From NCBI GenBank assembly GCA_018824115.1, contig JAHJGY010000070.1, positions 1,632 to 65,631 of the forward strand: DNA of 64,000 nt. The letters run 5' to 3'. How positions within the stretch are numbered: the stretch's first letter is position 1; each line of letters opens with the position of its first letter. This DNA is from Patescibacteria group bacterium (GTDB lineage Bacteria > Patescibacteriota > 4484-211). A program made the position numbers and the translations under genes. Below, piece by piece: positions 30,738 to 40,611 of the stretch. The notes below the pieces were generated by a model that saw only the letters and a program-made list of their open reading frames with translations, did not search any database and was not told the origin of the DNA.

Positions 30738-31355
30738 ATGGAATTAAAAGATTTTCTTGCCCCTTTCTGCAAGCGTTGGAAGCCCGTTCTTCTTGTTCCA
30801 TTTACCTTGGGAGTGCTTGCCTATATATGCAGTAGCTATCTTCCACTAAAGTACCAGGCTTCGGCAACAATTTATGTTCAGAGAACTCCCGAGCAAAGTC
30901 AGGGAGAGTTCTTTACCTACGAAGGATACTATGCTTATAAGGCGGCTCAAGAGTATGCCGATACGATTACCGGATTTTTAGAGAGTCCAGATATTATCCG
31001 GCAGGCGGGGTTGATAGTTTGGGAATCAGTTTCTGAAGATAGGCAGCGGCAATTGCAAAATTCTGTCAGTGCGACGAAAGTTGCTCCACAACTTGTTCAG
31101 GTGGTAGTTACGTTTGGCAGTACCGACGAGGCAAAACAGATATTAACTGCCTTGGTCCAAGCTGTTGATACAAGTACGAAATCACTGAACCAGCTTGGTG
31201 GTGGTGAGACTAAGATTGGCTTGTTAACTGAGGGGCTATTGACGGAAACGGTTAGGCCACGGCGATTGTTAAATGCATTAGTTGCTGCCGGTGCCGGAAT
31301 TATTATAGTTTGTGTTTGGGTTTGGCTGAGAGAGTATGTTATTTCGGCTAACTGA
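30738..31355 (+). CDS. Wzz-like polysaccharide chain-length-determinant family protein (N- and C-terminal TM)
   Basis: Topology: TM, about 150 aa extracytoplasmic segment, then TM; start placed at the internal ATG (MELKDF) to avoid overlap with rnhA. Confidence 0.45.
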   Translation: MELKDFLAPFCKRWKPVLLVPFTLGVLAYICSSYLPLKYQASATIYVQRTPEQSQGEFFTYEGYYAYKAAQEYADTITGFLESPDIIRQAGLIVWESVSEDRQRQLQNSVSATKVAPQLVQVVVTFGSTDEAKQILTALVQAVDTSTKSLNQLGGGETKIGLLTEGLLTETVRPRRLLNALVAAGAGIIIVCVWVWLREYVISAN

Positions 31356-31421
31356 AAACTCTTCACTACGCCCTGTCTGACGGGGTTACGCTCGAGTTTT
31401 CTGAGCCTCATTAAACTGCCC

Positions 31422-34400
31422 ATGGAAAATACGATAAGGTCCGAAATAAATTTTTCTACTGCAAGTGTTTTAATTGCCGGAGTTGGTAATTTTGTTGGCT
31501 ATCATTTAGCCGATTCGTTGTTAACCTCTGATGTCCGCGTTATTGGAATTGATAATTTTATTACTGGATCCGAAGGTCTAGTACAGGGTCTCTGCCGCAA
31601 TCCGAGATTCAGTTTTTTCCAAGCAGATATTAACCAGCCCCTCCCCGCCGCCTTGTATAAAGAGGAGGTATCTCATGTTATCCATTTAGCCAACATTGAA
31701 ACTTGTACGAGCCAGGGACATCTACAATTGAATGAGTTGCTTTCCAATTCGTTTGGCGTTAAGAATCTACTTGACTTTAGTATAGATAAAAAGGCGCCGT
31801 TTGTGTTTACATCTACGATTGATATTTACCAGGGTTTAGCATCTTCGACCAGCTTAAGCCACTACTTTAACGGTGAGGGTATGGCGAATAAGCTCACGTA
31901 CGCGGAAGCGAAGCGTTATGCCGAGAGTCTGTGTCAGGAATATGTCCAATTGTATGGTGCTGATGTTCGTGTTGCCCGATTATCCGAAGTTTACGGTCCA
32001 TGGATGAGGCTGGATCGAGGGACTGCTTTTAGTGAACTTTTGCGCCCGGCACTGTTAGGAGAGGACTTAGTGGTTTTGACGAGTGGTACCTCAAATTATT
32101 ACCTTACTTATGTTAGCGATGTTGTGTATGGATTGGTGAAGTTAATTTTTGCTCAGTCGGATTTGGTAAAGCAAGGAATTTTCTATTTTGTTAACCCTCA
32201 GGAGGTTAACCTGGTAGACATTGCACATACTCTTGTGCGTCTATCTGCTAAGGGCAAGGTACGGATTGAGGGGATAGTGAAGGAAGGGATTGCTTTCCCT
32301 TCGTCGCGAGTGGATTTGTCGCGTAGTCAACACGATTTATACTGGGGTGCGAAGGTAAATCTTGAGGAGGGGCTTGGATTGACCTTGGCTTATTTCCGTG
32401 ATTATCCAGATTTACGGTCGGTCGATAGTTTTTCTGTGCCCCAGAAGATGGCGGCCAGTAGTTCGACCGAAACCCAAAGGGATTATATGCAGTACCAGGC
32501 GGCTAAAGAAGTAGTAGAAGATAGACTTGAACAGCCCGAGATACAGCCTAGTGATGTAGGAGGGGCATTACCGCAACCGCCAGTTAAGGACAGGATTATG
32601 TTTGGCCTAAAGTCGATGATTGAGAAGGAGCGTACGGATGTTGATGATGATAGTAAAACATCTGTGCCGGGTACGGAAAAGGAAGCGGGAAAAGATAAGG
32701 GGGCGCGGGGATGGCTTGCTTTGAAGCGTCAGGAAGAAGTTGTTCCGGGGAGTGGTTCTTCTCTGGATGTGCCGCAGGAAAGCCTAAGCAGTGTTCATAT
32801 ATCGTATCGCAAGAAAAAATGGAAGGGCATAGCCCTTGTTGTTAGCGCGATTCTAATTCTATTCAGTTTCGTGCTGCTACCCTTAATTAAACCATTTTTC
32901 TGGGGCTGGCAGAGTTTGCGGGAAGTAAGAGCGTTACAGCAATCACTTCTGGAAGGAAATCTTGAAGTGAGTGCAGGGCGGTTAGGTGTTTTACAGAAGG
33001 ACATTGCCCTTTTTGATCGGAGTCTTTCGAGTGTCGAATGGTTTTGTCGTCTAATGGGTAAACAGCCAATCTGTGAGTCGTTACACAAATTACTGTCGGT
33101 TGCATCTTTCGCTGGTGAAGGCGGAGATGTGTTGATCCAGGCCCTGCAGGAAGGAGAGTTACTATTCGCAGCAATCCAGTCAGCGTCGCCAGCATTGGGA
33201 GGGGAAGAATCGGCGATTTCAGAGAAAGTACAGTCTTCGACCAAAAAAATATTGGTCGATTTTGAATCTGCGCAAAAGCGGTTTTCGCTGGCAAGGGCGG
33301 AGCTGAGTTCAGTGGATGCTGTAGTGCTTCCATCTAGCCTTAGTGGATATAAGATAAGGGGGGAAGAAATGCTTACAGAAATAAGTAGCTATTTGTCTCA
33401 GGCAGAGGCATTGTTCGAATACTTGCCTCAATTGTTAGGGATTCCGCAACAACAAAGTTATTTTGTTTTGCTTCAAAACAGTAGTGAACTGCGAGCCACA
33501 GGGGGTTTTATTGGTAGTTACGCCACTTTTACCTTTGAACAGGGCAAGTTGATGGAATTAAAGGTGGATGATATTTATAATCCGGATGGTCAGTTGCAAG
33601 ATACAGAGCCGGCCCCGAAGCCGATAAAGGATAATTTTAAAGTGGAGAATCTTGGTATTCGTGATGCTAATTGGTGGCCACATTTTCCAACTAGTGCGCA
33701 GAAAATAATTGATCTCTATCAGCAAGCGGTTGGAGAAGAAGTAGATTTGGTAGTCGGTCTTAATCTGTACACGATTGGCCAGTTGCTAGATAAAGTTGGT
33801 CCGGTTAACTTGGCTGATTACCAAGAGACTATTTCGGGGGAAAACTTGTTCGAAAAGGCAGAACTATATAGTGAGGTTGGGTTTCAGCCCGGCTCCGATC
33901 AGAAAAAAAGCTTTCTGACAGCTTTATCCCAGGACTTAATAGCCAAACTCCTTCAGGCAGACAATACCCAATGTGCTTCCGCGCTGGGGGTATTGTTGGA
34001 GAATCTTGAGGACGGGAGTGTGATGTTGTATTCCTCTTCCGAGGATTTACAAACAGTGTTTAATCAATTGGGTTGGAGTGGGCGTATAGCGGCGGTTGAA
34101 AAAGAGGAAGACTATATTGCCGTAGTGGATTCCAACGTTGGCGGTAATAAGGCAAACTTTTGGATTGAGCGGTCGACAGATTATCGTTTAGACGTGGATC
34201 GTGATGGTAATCTGACGGGCGTTTTGACTATTTCCTGGGTGCATCGGGGTGACTCTGGTACCTGGCCGGGCGGGGATTACAAAAATTATCTACGAGTGTA
34301 TGTGCCAGAGTACGCGGTGTTTATTGAAGCAGCCGGTTTTGCTGGTGAAGTTGAGAAATATACGGAGTTCAATAAGAAGGTGTTTGGAGCTATAGTAGAT

Positions 34401-34664
34401 GTCCCGGTTAACTCAACTAAAGAGGTTATTTTAAAGTACAGTTTACCCTGGGAAATTGGATTTTCGAAGAAAACGGGTTACCGGCTTACAGTTAAAAATC
34501 AGCCAGGCATTATGGGTGAATCGTTTAATTTAATCATAAACTTGCCCGTATTTCTTAAAGGGAAGAGTGTGAATGGAGGGTTAATTGATGCAGATAATAA
34601 TCGTGTTGTCTGGGAAACAATACTAGACGGAACAAAAACTATGGGGTTGGAAGTGGATCGGTGA
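31422..34664 (+). CDS. Fusion protein: N-terminal NAD-dependent epimerase/dehydratase (SDR) + TM + C-terminal DUF4012-like extracytoplasmic domain
   Basis: Rossmann GVGNFVG motif with SDR-like catalytic YxxxK (YAEAK); mid-protein TM segment IALVVSAILILFSFVLLPLI; long C-terminal domain. Confidence 0.65.
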   Translation: MENTIRSEINFSTASVLIAGVGNFVGYHLADSLLTSDVRVIGIDNFITGSEGLVQGLCRNPRFSFFQADINQPLPAALYKEEVSHVIHLANIETCTSQGHLQLNELLSNSFGVKNLLDFSIDKKAPFVFTSTIDIYQGLASSTSLSHYFNGEGMANKLTYAEAKRYAESLCQEYVQLYGADVRVARLSEVYGPWMRLDRGTAFSELLRPALLGEDLVVLTSGTSNYYLTYVSDVVYGLVKLIFAQSDLVKQGIFYFVNPQEVNLVDIAHTLVRLSAKGKVRIEGIVKEGIAFPSSRVDLSRSQHDLYWGAKVNLEEGLGLTLAYFRDYPDLRSVDSFSVPQKMAASSSTETQRDYMQYQAAKEVVEDRLEQPEIQPSDVGGALPQPPVKDRIMFGLKSMIEKERTDVDDDSKTSVPGTEKEAGKDKGARGWLALKRQEEVVPGSGSSLDVPQESLSSVHISYRKKKWKGIALVVSAILILFSFVLLPLIKPFFWGWQSLREVRALQQSLLEGNLEVSAGRLGVLQKDIALFDRSLSSVEWFCRLMGKQPICESLHKLLSVASFAGEGGDVLIQALQEGELLFAAIQSASPALGGEESAISEKVQSSTKKILVDFESAQKRFSLARAELSSVDAVVLPSSLSGYKIRGEEMLTEISSYLSQAEALFEYLPQLLGIPQQQSYFVLLQNSSELRATGGFIGSYATFTFEQGKLMELKVDDIYNPDGQLQDTEPAPKPIKDNFKVENLGIRDANWWPHFPTSAQKIIDLYQQAVGEEVDLVVGLNLYTIGQLLDKVGPVNLADYQETISGENLFEKAELYSEVGFQPGSDQKKSFLTALSQDLIAKLLQADNTQCASALGVLLENLEDGSVMLYSSSEDLQTVFNQLGWSGRIAAVEKEEDYIAVVDSNVGGNKANFWIERSTDYRLDVDRDGNLTGVLTISWVHRGDSGTWPGGDYKNYLRVYVPEYAVFIEAAGFAGEVEKYTEFNKKVFGAIVDVPVNSTKEVILKYSLPWEIGFSKKTGYRLTVKNQPGIMGESFNLIINLPVFLKGKSVNGGLIDADNNRVVWETILDGTKTMGLEVDR

Positions 34665-34755
34665 GGATCGGTGTCTTTAGCCCCGAACAGTTACTACATA
34701 ACCTACCTGTCTTTTCCCGTTGGTATTTTGAGGTACAATACTTAGGAGCGAGCTT

Positions 34756-35862
34756 ATGAATTATCTTAAAGAATATCCAATAAAGGGCAAGGTGTTGGAG
34801 TTTCCGGTCTTTTTCCCCGATGCCACAAGGGCAGTGATCAGAAGTATAGACACGCATGATTTAAGGCGGACAGGCGTTGAAGGGGTGGTGGTGAATACCT
34901 ATCATCTAATGGCTCAGCCGGGAACGACAGTAATAGAACAACTGGGTGGGGTAAAGTTGTTAATGAATTGGGATGGCTGGGTAGCTTCGGATTCTGGTGG
35001 TTTCCAAATAATGTCGTTAATTCAGCGGAACAGGTCGATAGGAAGCATTACTGACAGAGGGGTTGTTTTTCATCGGGGGACAAGGAAGAAAAAGAAATAT
35101 GTATTTACGCCGGAAAAATCGATTGAAGTGCAGTTTAGTTTAGGAGCAGATATCTTGGTATGTCTGGATGATTTCACGGACCCGCGTGCTAAAGAAGACG
35201 AGATAGAGATTAGTGTAAAACGAACAATCGAGTGGGGGAAAAGATGTAAAGATGAGTTTTTAAAGCAAGTGGCGCAGCGGAAACTGGATAATGCCAGTCG
35301 CCCGATACTGATTGGCGTAATCCAAGGTGGTGATAACAAGGCAATGCGGGAAAAGTGTGCACGGGGATTATTGGAGATAGGATTTGACGGTTACGGGTTC
35401 GGCGGCTGGCCGCTAGATAAAGATGGTAATTTGGATGTGGAGATAGCCAGTTTTACGGCCTCGTTGTCACCAGAAAACCTGCCCCGTTTTGCTCTGGGTG
35501 TTGGTAGCCCGCAGAATATACTGGAGTGCTTTCGTTTTGGCTACAATATTTTTGATTGCGTTTTACCTACCCGCGATGCGCGACACCGGCGCTTGTACGT
35601 TTTTTCTGAGGATCCGGAAAAAGTTGATATTTTGAGCCTAAAGCGGCTTCATAGCTACCTGTATATTCTTCGTGAAAAGTATGTTCGTGACAATAGTCCG
35701 ATTAGTGAGCATTGTGATTGTTATACTTGCCAAAATTATTCTCGGGCTTACCTACATCACTTGTTCCGTATTGAAGATTCACTGTCCTGGAGGTTGGCCA
35801 CTATTCATAACCTACGTATGTATACGAGGTTAATTGAGATGCTGAGAGGGATGATTACCTAG
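34756..35862 (+). CDS. tgt: Queuine tRNA-ribosyltransferase
   Basis: The first of the paired catalytic aspartates (D-x-x-...-D) is seen here as DSGGFQ (DSGGFQIMS); Zn site CDCYTC...H. Confidence 0.85.
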   Translation: MNYLKEYPIKGKVLEFPVFFPDATRAVIRSIDTHDLRRTGVEGVVVNTYHLMAQPGTTVIEQLGGVKLLMNWDGWVASDSGGFQIMSLIQRNRSIGSITDRGVVFHRGTRKKKKYVFTPEKSIEVQFSLGADILVCLDDFTDPRAKEDEIEISVKRTIEWGKRCKDEFLKQVAQRKLDNASRPILIGVIQGGDNKAMREKCARGLLEIGFDGYGFGGWPLDKDGNLDVEIASFTASLSPENLPRFALGVGSPQNILECFRFGYNIFDCVLPTRDARHRRLYVFSEDPEKVDILSLKRLHSYLYILREKYVRDNSPISEHCDCYTCQNYSRAYLHHLFRIEDSLSWRLATIHNLRMYTRLIEMLRGMIT

Positions 35863-36988
35863 TGCGTCCTTCAATAAGATCGGGCTGGAAAATTTTTTGG
35901 CGCGTGTAGTCTATCCCGCGGTAAAAGTAATAGAGTGGAGATAAAGGCAGATCAAGACAACCGATATAGCTAACTCGCTTTCCACTAAAACCTTTCTTAA
36001 ATAATGTGTGTCCGCTCCAAGCGTGTTTGGGGTTGTCGGTGGGAGCAATTCCCCAGAGGTCATATTCTTTAACATTCTCTCGTTTTAAAGATTGCATGAT
36101 TTCCCATTGTAGAATATAGGGGGCATATAAGTTCTTTGTTTCTGGGCTTATATCAGAAGCTCCCCACAGGTAACAACCCATATTTTGTGTTTTAAGAATA
36201 GCGGCGGCGGCAATAACCCTAGAGCCGGCAGGAAAGCTATCAACAAGCACTGAGGGGAGTTCGCTCTGTTGTCTTTTGATTTGCGGGGGGAGGAAAGAGA
36301 GATAAAGTTCAGCTTGCTTACTTGGCGCCATCAGTTGGAAGACTTTTTCGAATTGTCTCCAAGATCTCGGCGAGAAACCTTTTTCTGCCGTTTGTTGATA
36401 TTTCTCGTAGAATATTTTCCATAGTTCTTTGTTTTTTCCTTGATCTTTGATTACCCTTACACCTTCACGGGCGGCGCGGCGGATGCCATAACGGGTATCT
36501 TTATCCATATGGTAAATAAGGTCTTCTAGTTTTTGGGTTAAATCGATTATTGAAGTATGGGAAGGTTGAATAGATTTAAAATAGGGATGTAGTGACAGGG
36601 GGCCGGTAACTGATAACTGGTAACTGGAATCAATTTGGGGTTCTATGCGGCAGAATAATGTTCGCGAAGAAGAATATTTTTCTTTGATATATTCGAGTAA
36701 GTTTTTTAGGATGGTGGGTGCTTTTGGATCTTGCCAATTTAGTACTGGCCCTCGGGGACAGTAAAGCATTGAGAGTCCGAATGGTAAAGTTCGTTTGAGA
36801 ATTTGTGCTCCAGCGACGAGTTTTTTACGGTAAAAGACTCCTAAGTGAATGGGCTGCCAAACAACTGATGTTTTAACTTCTCCCCATTCCCAGAGTTGTA
36901 AGGGACTGTTGTAAGGATGGTGACTAATAAATTTATTCCACGCGATTTTGGAGTTAGTTGAGAGTGATTTAACTTGGTAAATTGACAT
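35855..36988 (-). CDS. FemAB-family peptidoglycan interpeptide-bridge aminoacyltransferase
   Basis: 377 aa; GNAT-like duplicated fold characteristic of FemX/FemAB; overlaps tgt by 8 nt. Confidence 0.65.
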   Translation of the reverse strand: MSIYQVKSLSTNSKIAWNKFISHHPYNSPLQLWEWGEVKTSVVWQPIHLGVFYRKKLVAGAQILKRTLPFGLSMLYCPRGPVLNWQDPKAPTILKNLLEYIKEKYSSSRTLFCRIEPQIDSSYQLSVTGPLSLHPYFKSIQPSHTSIIDLTQKLEDLIYHMDKDTRYGIRRAAREGVRVIKDQGKNKELWKIFYEKYQQTAEKGFSPRSWRQFEKVFQLMAPSKQAELYLSFLPPQIKRQQSELPSVLVDSFPAGSRVIAAAAILKTQNMGCYLWGASDISPETKNLYAPYILQWEIMQSLKRENVKEYDLWGIAPTDNPKHAWSGHTLFKKGFSGKRVSYIGCLDLPLSPLYYFYRGIDYTRQKIFQPDLIEGRTR

Positions 36989-37123
36989 TAGTGCTCGAGA
37001 GATTACTATATTATATCAGCCGGGCCATTAACTGCTTCTCGGGGTTTGAAAAAACCCTCTCTTCTGTGGTAGAATATGAATGGTTTAGGGCTTTGTTGGG
37101 CTTAAATATTGGAAAAGTGGGTT

Positions 37124-37546
37124 TGTTGAGGTGGGAGAGAGGTCTATCGCCCCGACCTTTGGGTCGTGGGAGGAAAGTCCAGACTACATAAGGCAGGGTG
37201 GGCGCTGCAAGGCGTTCGTGGTAACACCGAGTGGGCTAATCCCGAAAGGGAAAAGTCATCTTGAGGGAAACAACCTTCAGGAAGAGCCACAGTGACGTAA
37301 CTAATTTCTAAGTCCTTGTGATATGAAATTAGAGTGAAACGTGCAATCCTCCCTGTAGCAACTTCCGGATGGCACGAGCTCTCGACTTTAAGTCTGCCAG
37401 TCGGCAGACAGGTCGGAGGAGAGGTCGCCTGCCGAGTGCCGAAGACGAAGGCATTAGATAGATGATAGACAGTCTCGACTTTAGGCCTGCCCGTCGGCAG
37501 GCAGGTCGGGATAAACAGAATCTGGCTTACTCCTCTCCCATCATAA
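37124..37546 (+). ncRNA. rnpB: RNase P RNA, bacterial type A
   Basis: P4 5' strand GGGAGGAAAGTCCAGAC...ATAAGGCAGGGTG; 3' conserved ACAGAATCTGGCTTA; P1 pairing between tgaggtgggagagagg and ctcctctcccatca. Confidence 0.8.
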
Positions 37547-37692
37547 CAAGCCCATATTGATTCGAACTCGTAGGGAAATGAAGGAGCTGTTCCTCCAGAT
37601 GGCCTCTTGCTAGTTAATGAAGGGACCGTCCTCCCACAGAGCTATCTTGACCTAATACAGAGCCGTACTAGGGGTGGCCCTTAACGAAAAAA

Positions 37693-37707
37693 TGTTACAA
37701 TAGAAGC
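37693..37707 (+). promoter_or_regulatory. Extended -10 promoter (TGt-TACAAT) ending 6 nt before the ATG, giving a probably leaderless mRNA
   Basis: aaTGtTACAATagaagcATG; no SD sequence. Confidence 0.35.
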
Positions 37708-38196
37708 ATGTCAGTGCACTTCTACCCAAAACTTTTCGACTCCAAACAATTCGAAGATCAAAAAGAGCGTAAAGACAATTTATATGAGCTGGTTATGGAA
37801 TGTACCGACGAGAATTTTGATTTTAATATTGATGACTCGTTCACCGCATTAGCCTACTATCCATCAGCAGACGTACCAGCAAATTTTGCTACTGTTTTGT
37901 CTGAGCAATTAGAACTAGATCTCATTGATCTTGATGATGATTCCCAGCTTGAAGAAGTAAGTAAAACGATCGAAATACTTAACAAAATCGGGTCTGTGGA
38001 AAAGACAAACTTAGATTGGGAAACTTATGAACCATATATTGGATTTATAACACTAGAAGAAAGCATTACCCTCAAGGGTTTTCTCGAGAAATATAATTTT
38101 GATGATGACGTAATTAACAATTATAAACATTTTATGTTGGAGATTTTACGTAAAGCTATTGAAAAGAATAAGGGGATTATTATTCTAGCATTTTAA
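37708..38196 (+). CDS. Hypothetical highly acidic protein (162 aa, D/E-rich)
   Basis: ORF; about a quarter of residues are Asp/Glu; no recognisable family. Confidence 0.5.
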   Translation: MSVHFYPKLFDSKQFEDQKERKDNLYELVMECTDENFDFNIDDSFTALAYYPSADVPANFATVLSEQLELDLIDLDDDSQLEEVSKTIEILNKIGSVEKTNLDWETYEPYIGFITLEESITLKGFLEKYNFDDDVINNYKHFMLEILRKAIEKNKGIIILAF

Positions 38197-38352
38197 TCCA
38201 GCTTCCTATACTTTTTACTTTGTAGAGTACACCCTATCTAAGTTTTCTAAGGACGGATGTTCTAAAAACCCATTAATGAAAGGACGATCCTTCCGTCCTC
38301 CGTTCCCCCATTCAACGCGGCGAGCCCAGGATTTGCCGTCACATGGCCCTTG

Positions 38353-40611
38353 TCAAACACTAGGTGTTTGGTTAACAAATTCTTTGAGGTATCTACCTGT
38401 ATGGGAGTTGTTACTATTACAAATATCCTCTGGTGTTCCTTGCGCAACAATTCGACCACCTTTATCTCCACCCCCTGGCCCTAAGTCAATAATCCAGTCC
38501 GCTTGCCGGATTACGTCTAAGTTGTGTTCAACAATAAGTACTGTGTTGCCATTATCCACTAACTTATTTAATAGCCTCATTAATTTATCGAGATCTGCGA
38601 AGTGGAGACCCGAAGTTGGTTCATCTAGAATATAAAACTCATTTTCCTTCTGAAGCCTACTTGCAAGTTTAAGTCTTTGAGACTCGCCACCCGAAAGGGT
38701 GTCTAAGGTTTGTCCCATTTCAATATAATCGAGCCCAACATTAATTAATAAGTCCATTGCGTCTATAATTTTTTTGTCTTCAAAAAATCCCTTTACTTCC
38801 CGTGCCGTCATTTCTAAGATTTGTGCGATGTTTCTACCCTTATGTCTGTATCTGAGAACTTTTTCTTTATATCTAGTGCCGCCACACTTGTCACAGCGTA
38901 TCTTCACATTACCTAAAAAGTTCATATCCATGTTAATGTAGCCAACACCCTTGCAATTCGCACATCCACCCTTTGAGTTAAAACTAAATAAACCTACGCT
39001 CATATTCGTACTTTTGGCAAATATTTTTCTTATTTCATCAAATGCACCAATATATGTGGCAATGCAACCCCTTTTGGTGTTGCCAATTTGCTTTTGATCC
39101 ATAGCCGTTATCCTTTCACCGTGTTGAGCAATAATTTCTTCAACCAAAGAGCTTTTACCCGACCCTGATACTCCAGTTAGTGCTACCAATACTCCGCAGG
39201 GGATTTTCACATTCAGATTTTTCAGGTTGTGCTTTGTTGCGTTGACAATTTTTAAATGATCTATGGGTGTTCTAACTTTATCTTTTAAATCCTTTCTTTC
39301 ACTATTTACTAAATACTTTGCTGTTACGGATTTAGGGTTGTTGACAATCTCATTTAGTACTCCTTGAGCAATAACCCTTCCCCCCTCCTTGCCGCCCCCG
39401 GGTCCAATTTCAACAATGTGATCCGAGCTTTTTATTATTGCCTCATCATGTTCAACCACCAATATCGTGTTGCTGTTCTTGCATAAACTTTTTAAATTAT
39501 TAACCACCCCAGCGACATCTTTGGGGTGAAGGCCGGCCGTAGGTTCATCCAACACATAAATAGTTTCAATTAAATCACAACCTAACTGTCTTGCCATTTT
39601 TACTCGCTGTGCTTCTCCTCCCGATAAAGTATCTGCCGATCGGTTAAGAGATAAATATCCGACACCTGCGTTAACAAGATGTTCTAATTGCTCTGTTAAA
39701 CGAGGCTTTATTACCTCGGCATGGGGATGACCTACATTCTTTATAAATTCTAAGCAGTCAGTTAATGGCATATTTGCAACCTCACCAATACTTTTGCCAT
39801 TTACCCTTACCGATAATGCTTGGGCGTTGAGCTTTCCACCCTTACAAGCGGGGCAGTCAATAAAGTCAAAATATTTTAAATCACTTTTGGAGGGGCCCCG
39901 ATGCACCTTAGTGTTTCTGTGCATTATCCGATAAACAATTCCCTGGTATGTCCACTTATTTACTATAAATGCGCCCTGGCTATCCAACAAAACCGGTTTG
40001 GCATTTAACAACTTATCAAGTTCTTCTTGGCAATAATCTTTTATCTTTTTATCCATGTCAAAGTAACCACTTGATCCGATGATGCTCCACTGTCGTCCGC
40101 CTACGTACCACTCACCAGGTTTCAATGCTCCTTCATTTAAACTCTTATTTACATCAAGTATCTTATCTAGATTTACTTCAACAGATCTTCCTAATCCCTT
40201 ACATTGTGGACATGCTCCAAATGGATGATTAAAGGAGAAGTAGGTTGAATCCATCGTAGGTAAACCCACCCTAGAGAAGAGTAGCCTCAAATAGTTATAA
40301 CTTTCGGTCAATGTCCCAACTGTTGATCGGGGATTACTGCGAACTCTGGCTTGGCTAATTTTTACAGTTGATGAAATTCCAGATATTGAATCGATATCTG
40401 GCTTGTTATTTTTGCTTAGATATCTTCTGGCATAAGTACTTAATGACTCGAAATACTGCCTTTCGCTTTCACGGGCAATAATGTCGAAGGCTATTGTTGA
40501 CTTGCCGGAACCCGACACGCCCACAAAACAGACAACCCGGTTTCTAGGGATAACGACATCAATGTTTTTCAGGTTGTTCTCTCTGGCCCCTTTAATATTA
40601 ATAGTGTTCAT
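38353..40611 (-). CDS. UvrA-like tandem ABC ATPase lacking the UvrB-binding domain (UvrA class II/III; DrrC/UvrA2-like)
   Basis: Two Walker A motifs (GVSGSGKST, GVSGSGKSS), two LSGGE signatures, and Zn modules (FSFNHPFGACPQCKGLG, CANCKGVG, CDKCGG). The ~140-aa segment found in canonical UvrA between RLLF(A/S)RVG and the FSFN zinc module is absent; 752 aa. Confidence 0.85.
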   Translation of the reverse strand: MNTINIKGARENNLKNIDVVIPRNRVVCFVGVSGSGKSTIAFDIIARESERQYFESLSTYARRYLSKNNKPDIDSISGISSTVKISQARVRSNPRSTVGTLTESYNYLRLLFSRVGLPTMDSTYFSFNHPFGACPQCKGLGRSVEVNLDKILDVNKSLNEGALKPGEWYVGGRQWSIIGSSGYFDMDKKIKDYCQEELDKLLNAKPVLLDSQGAFIVNKWTYQGIVYRIMHRNTKVHRGPSKSDLKYFDFIDCPACKGGKLNAQALSVRVNGKSIGEVANMPLTDCLEFIKNVGHPHAEVIKPRLTEQLEHLVNAGVGYLSLNRSADTLSGGEAQRVKMARQLGCDLIETIYVLDEPTAGLHPKDVAGVVNNLKSLCKNSNTILVVEHDEAIIKSSDHIVEIGPGGGKEGGRVIAQGVLNEIVNNPKSVTAKYLVNSERKDLKDKVRTPIDHLKIVNATKHNLKNLNVKIPCGVLVALTGVSGSGKSSLVEEIIAQHGERITAMDQKQIGNTKRGCIATYIGAFDEIRKIFAKSTNMSVGLFSFNSKGGCANCKGVGYINMDMNFLGNVKIRCDKCGGTRYKEKVLRYRHKGRNIAQILEMTAREVKGFFEDKKIIDAMDLLINVGLDYIEMGQTLDTLSGGESQRLKLASRLQKENEFYILDEPTSGLHFADLDKLMRLLNKLVDNGNTVLIVEHNLDVIRQADWIIDLGPGGGDKGGRIVAQGTPEDICNSNNSHTGRYLKEFVNQTPSV

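Noticed and set aside
36982-37191. 69-aa ORF overlapping the 5' part of RNase P RNA
   Set aside because: The region carries the conserved P1-P4 elements of rnpB, so the ORF is a chance reading frame.
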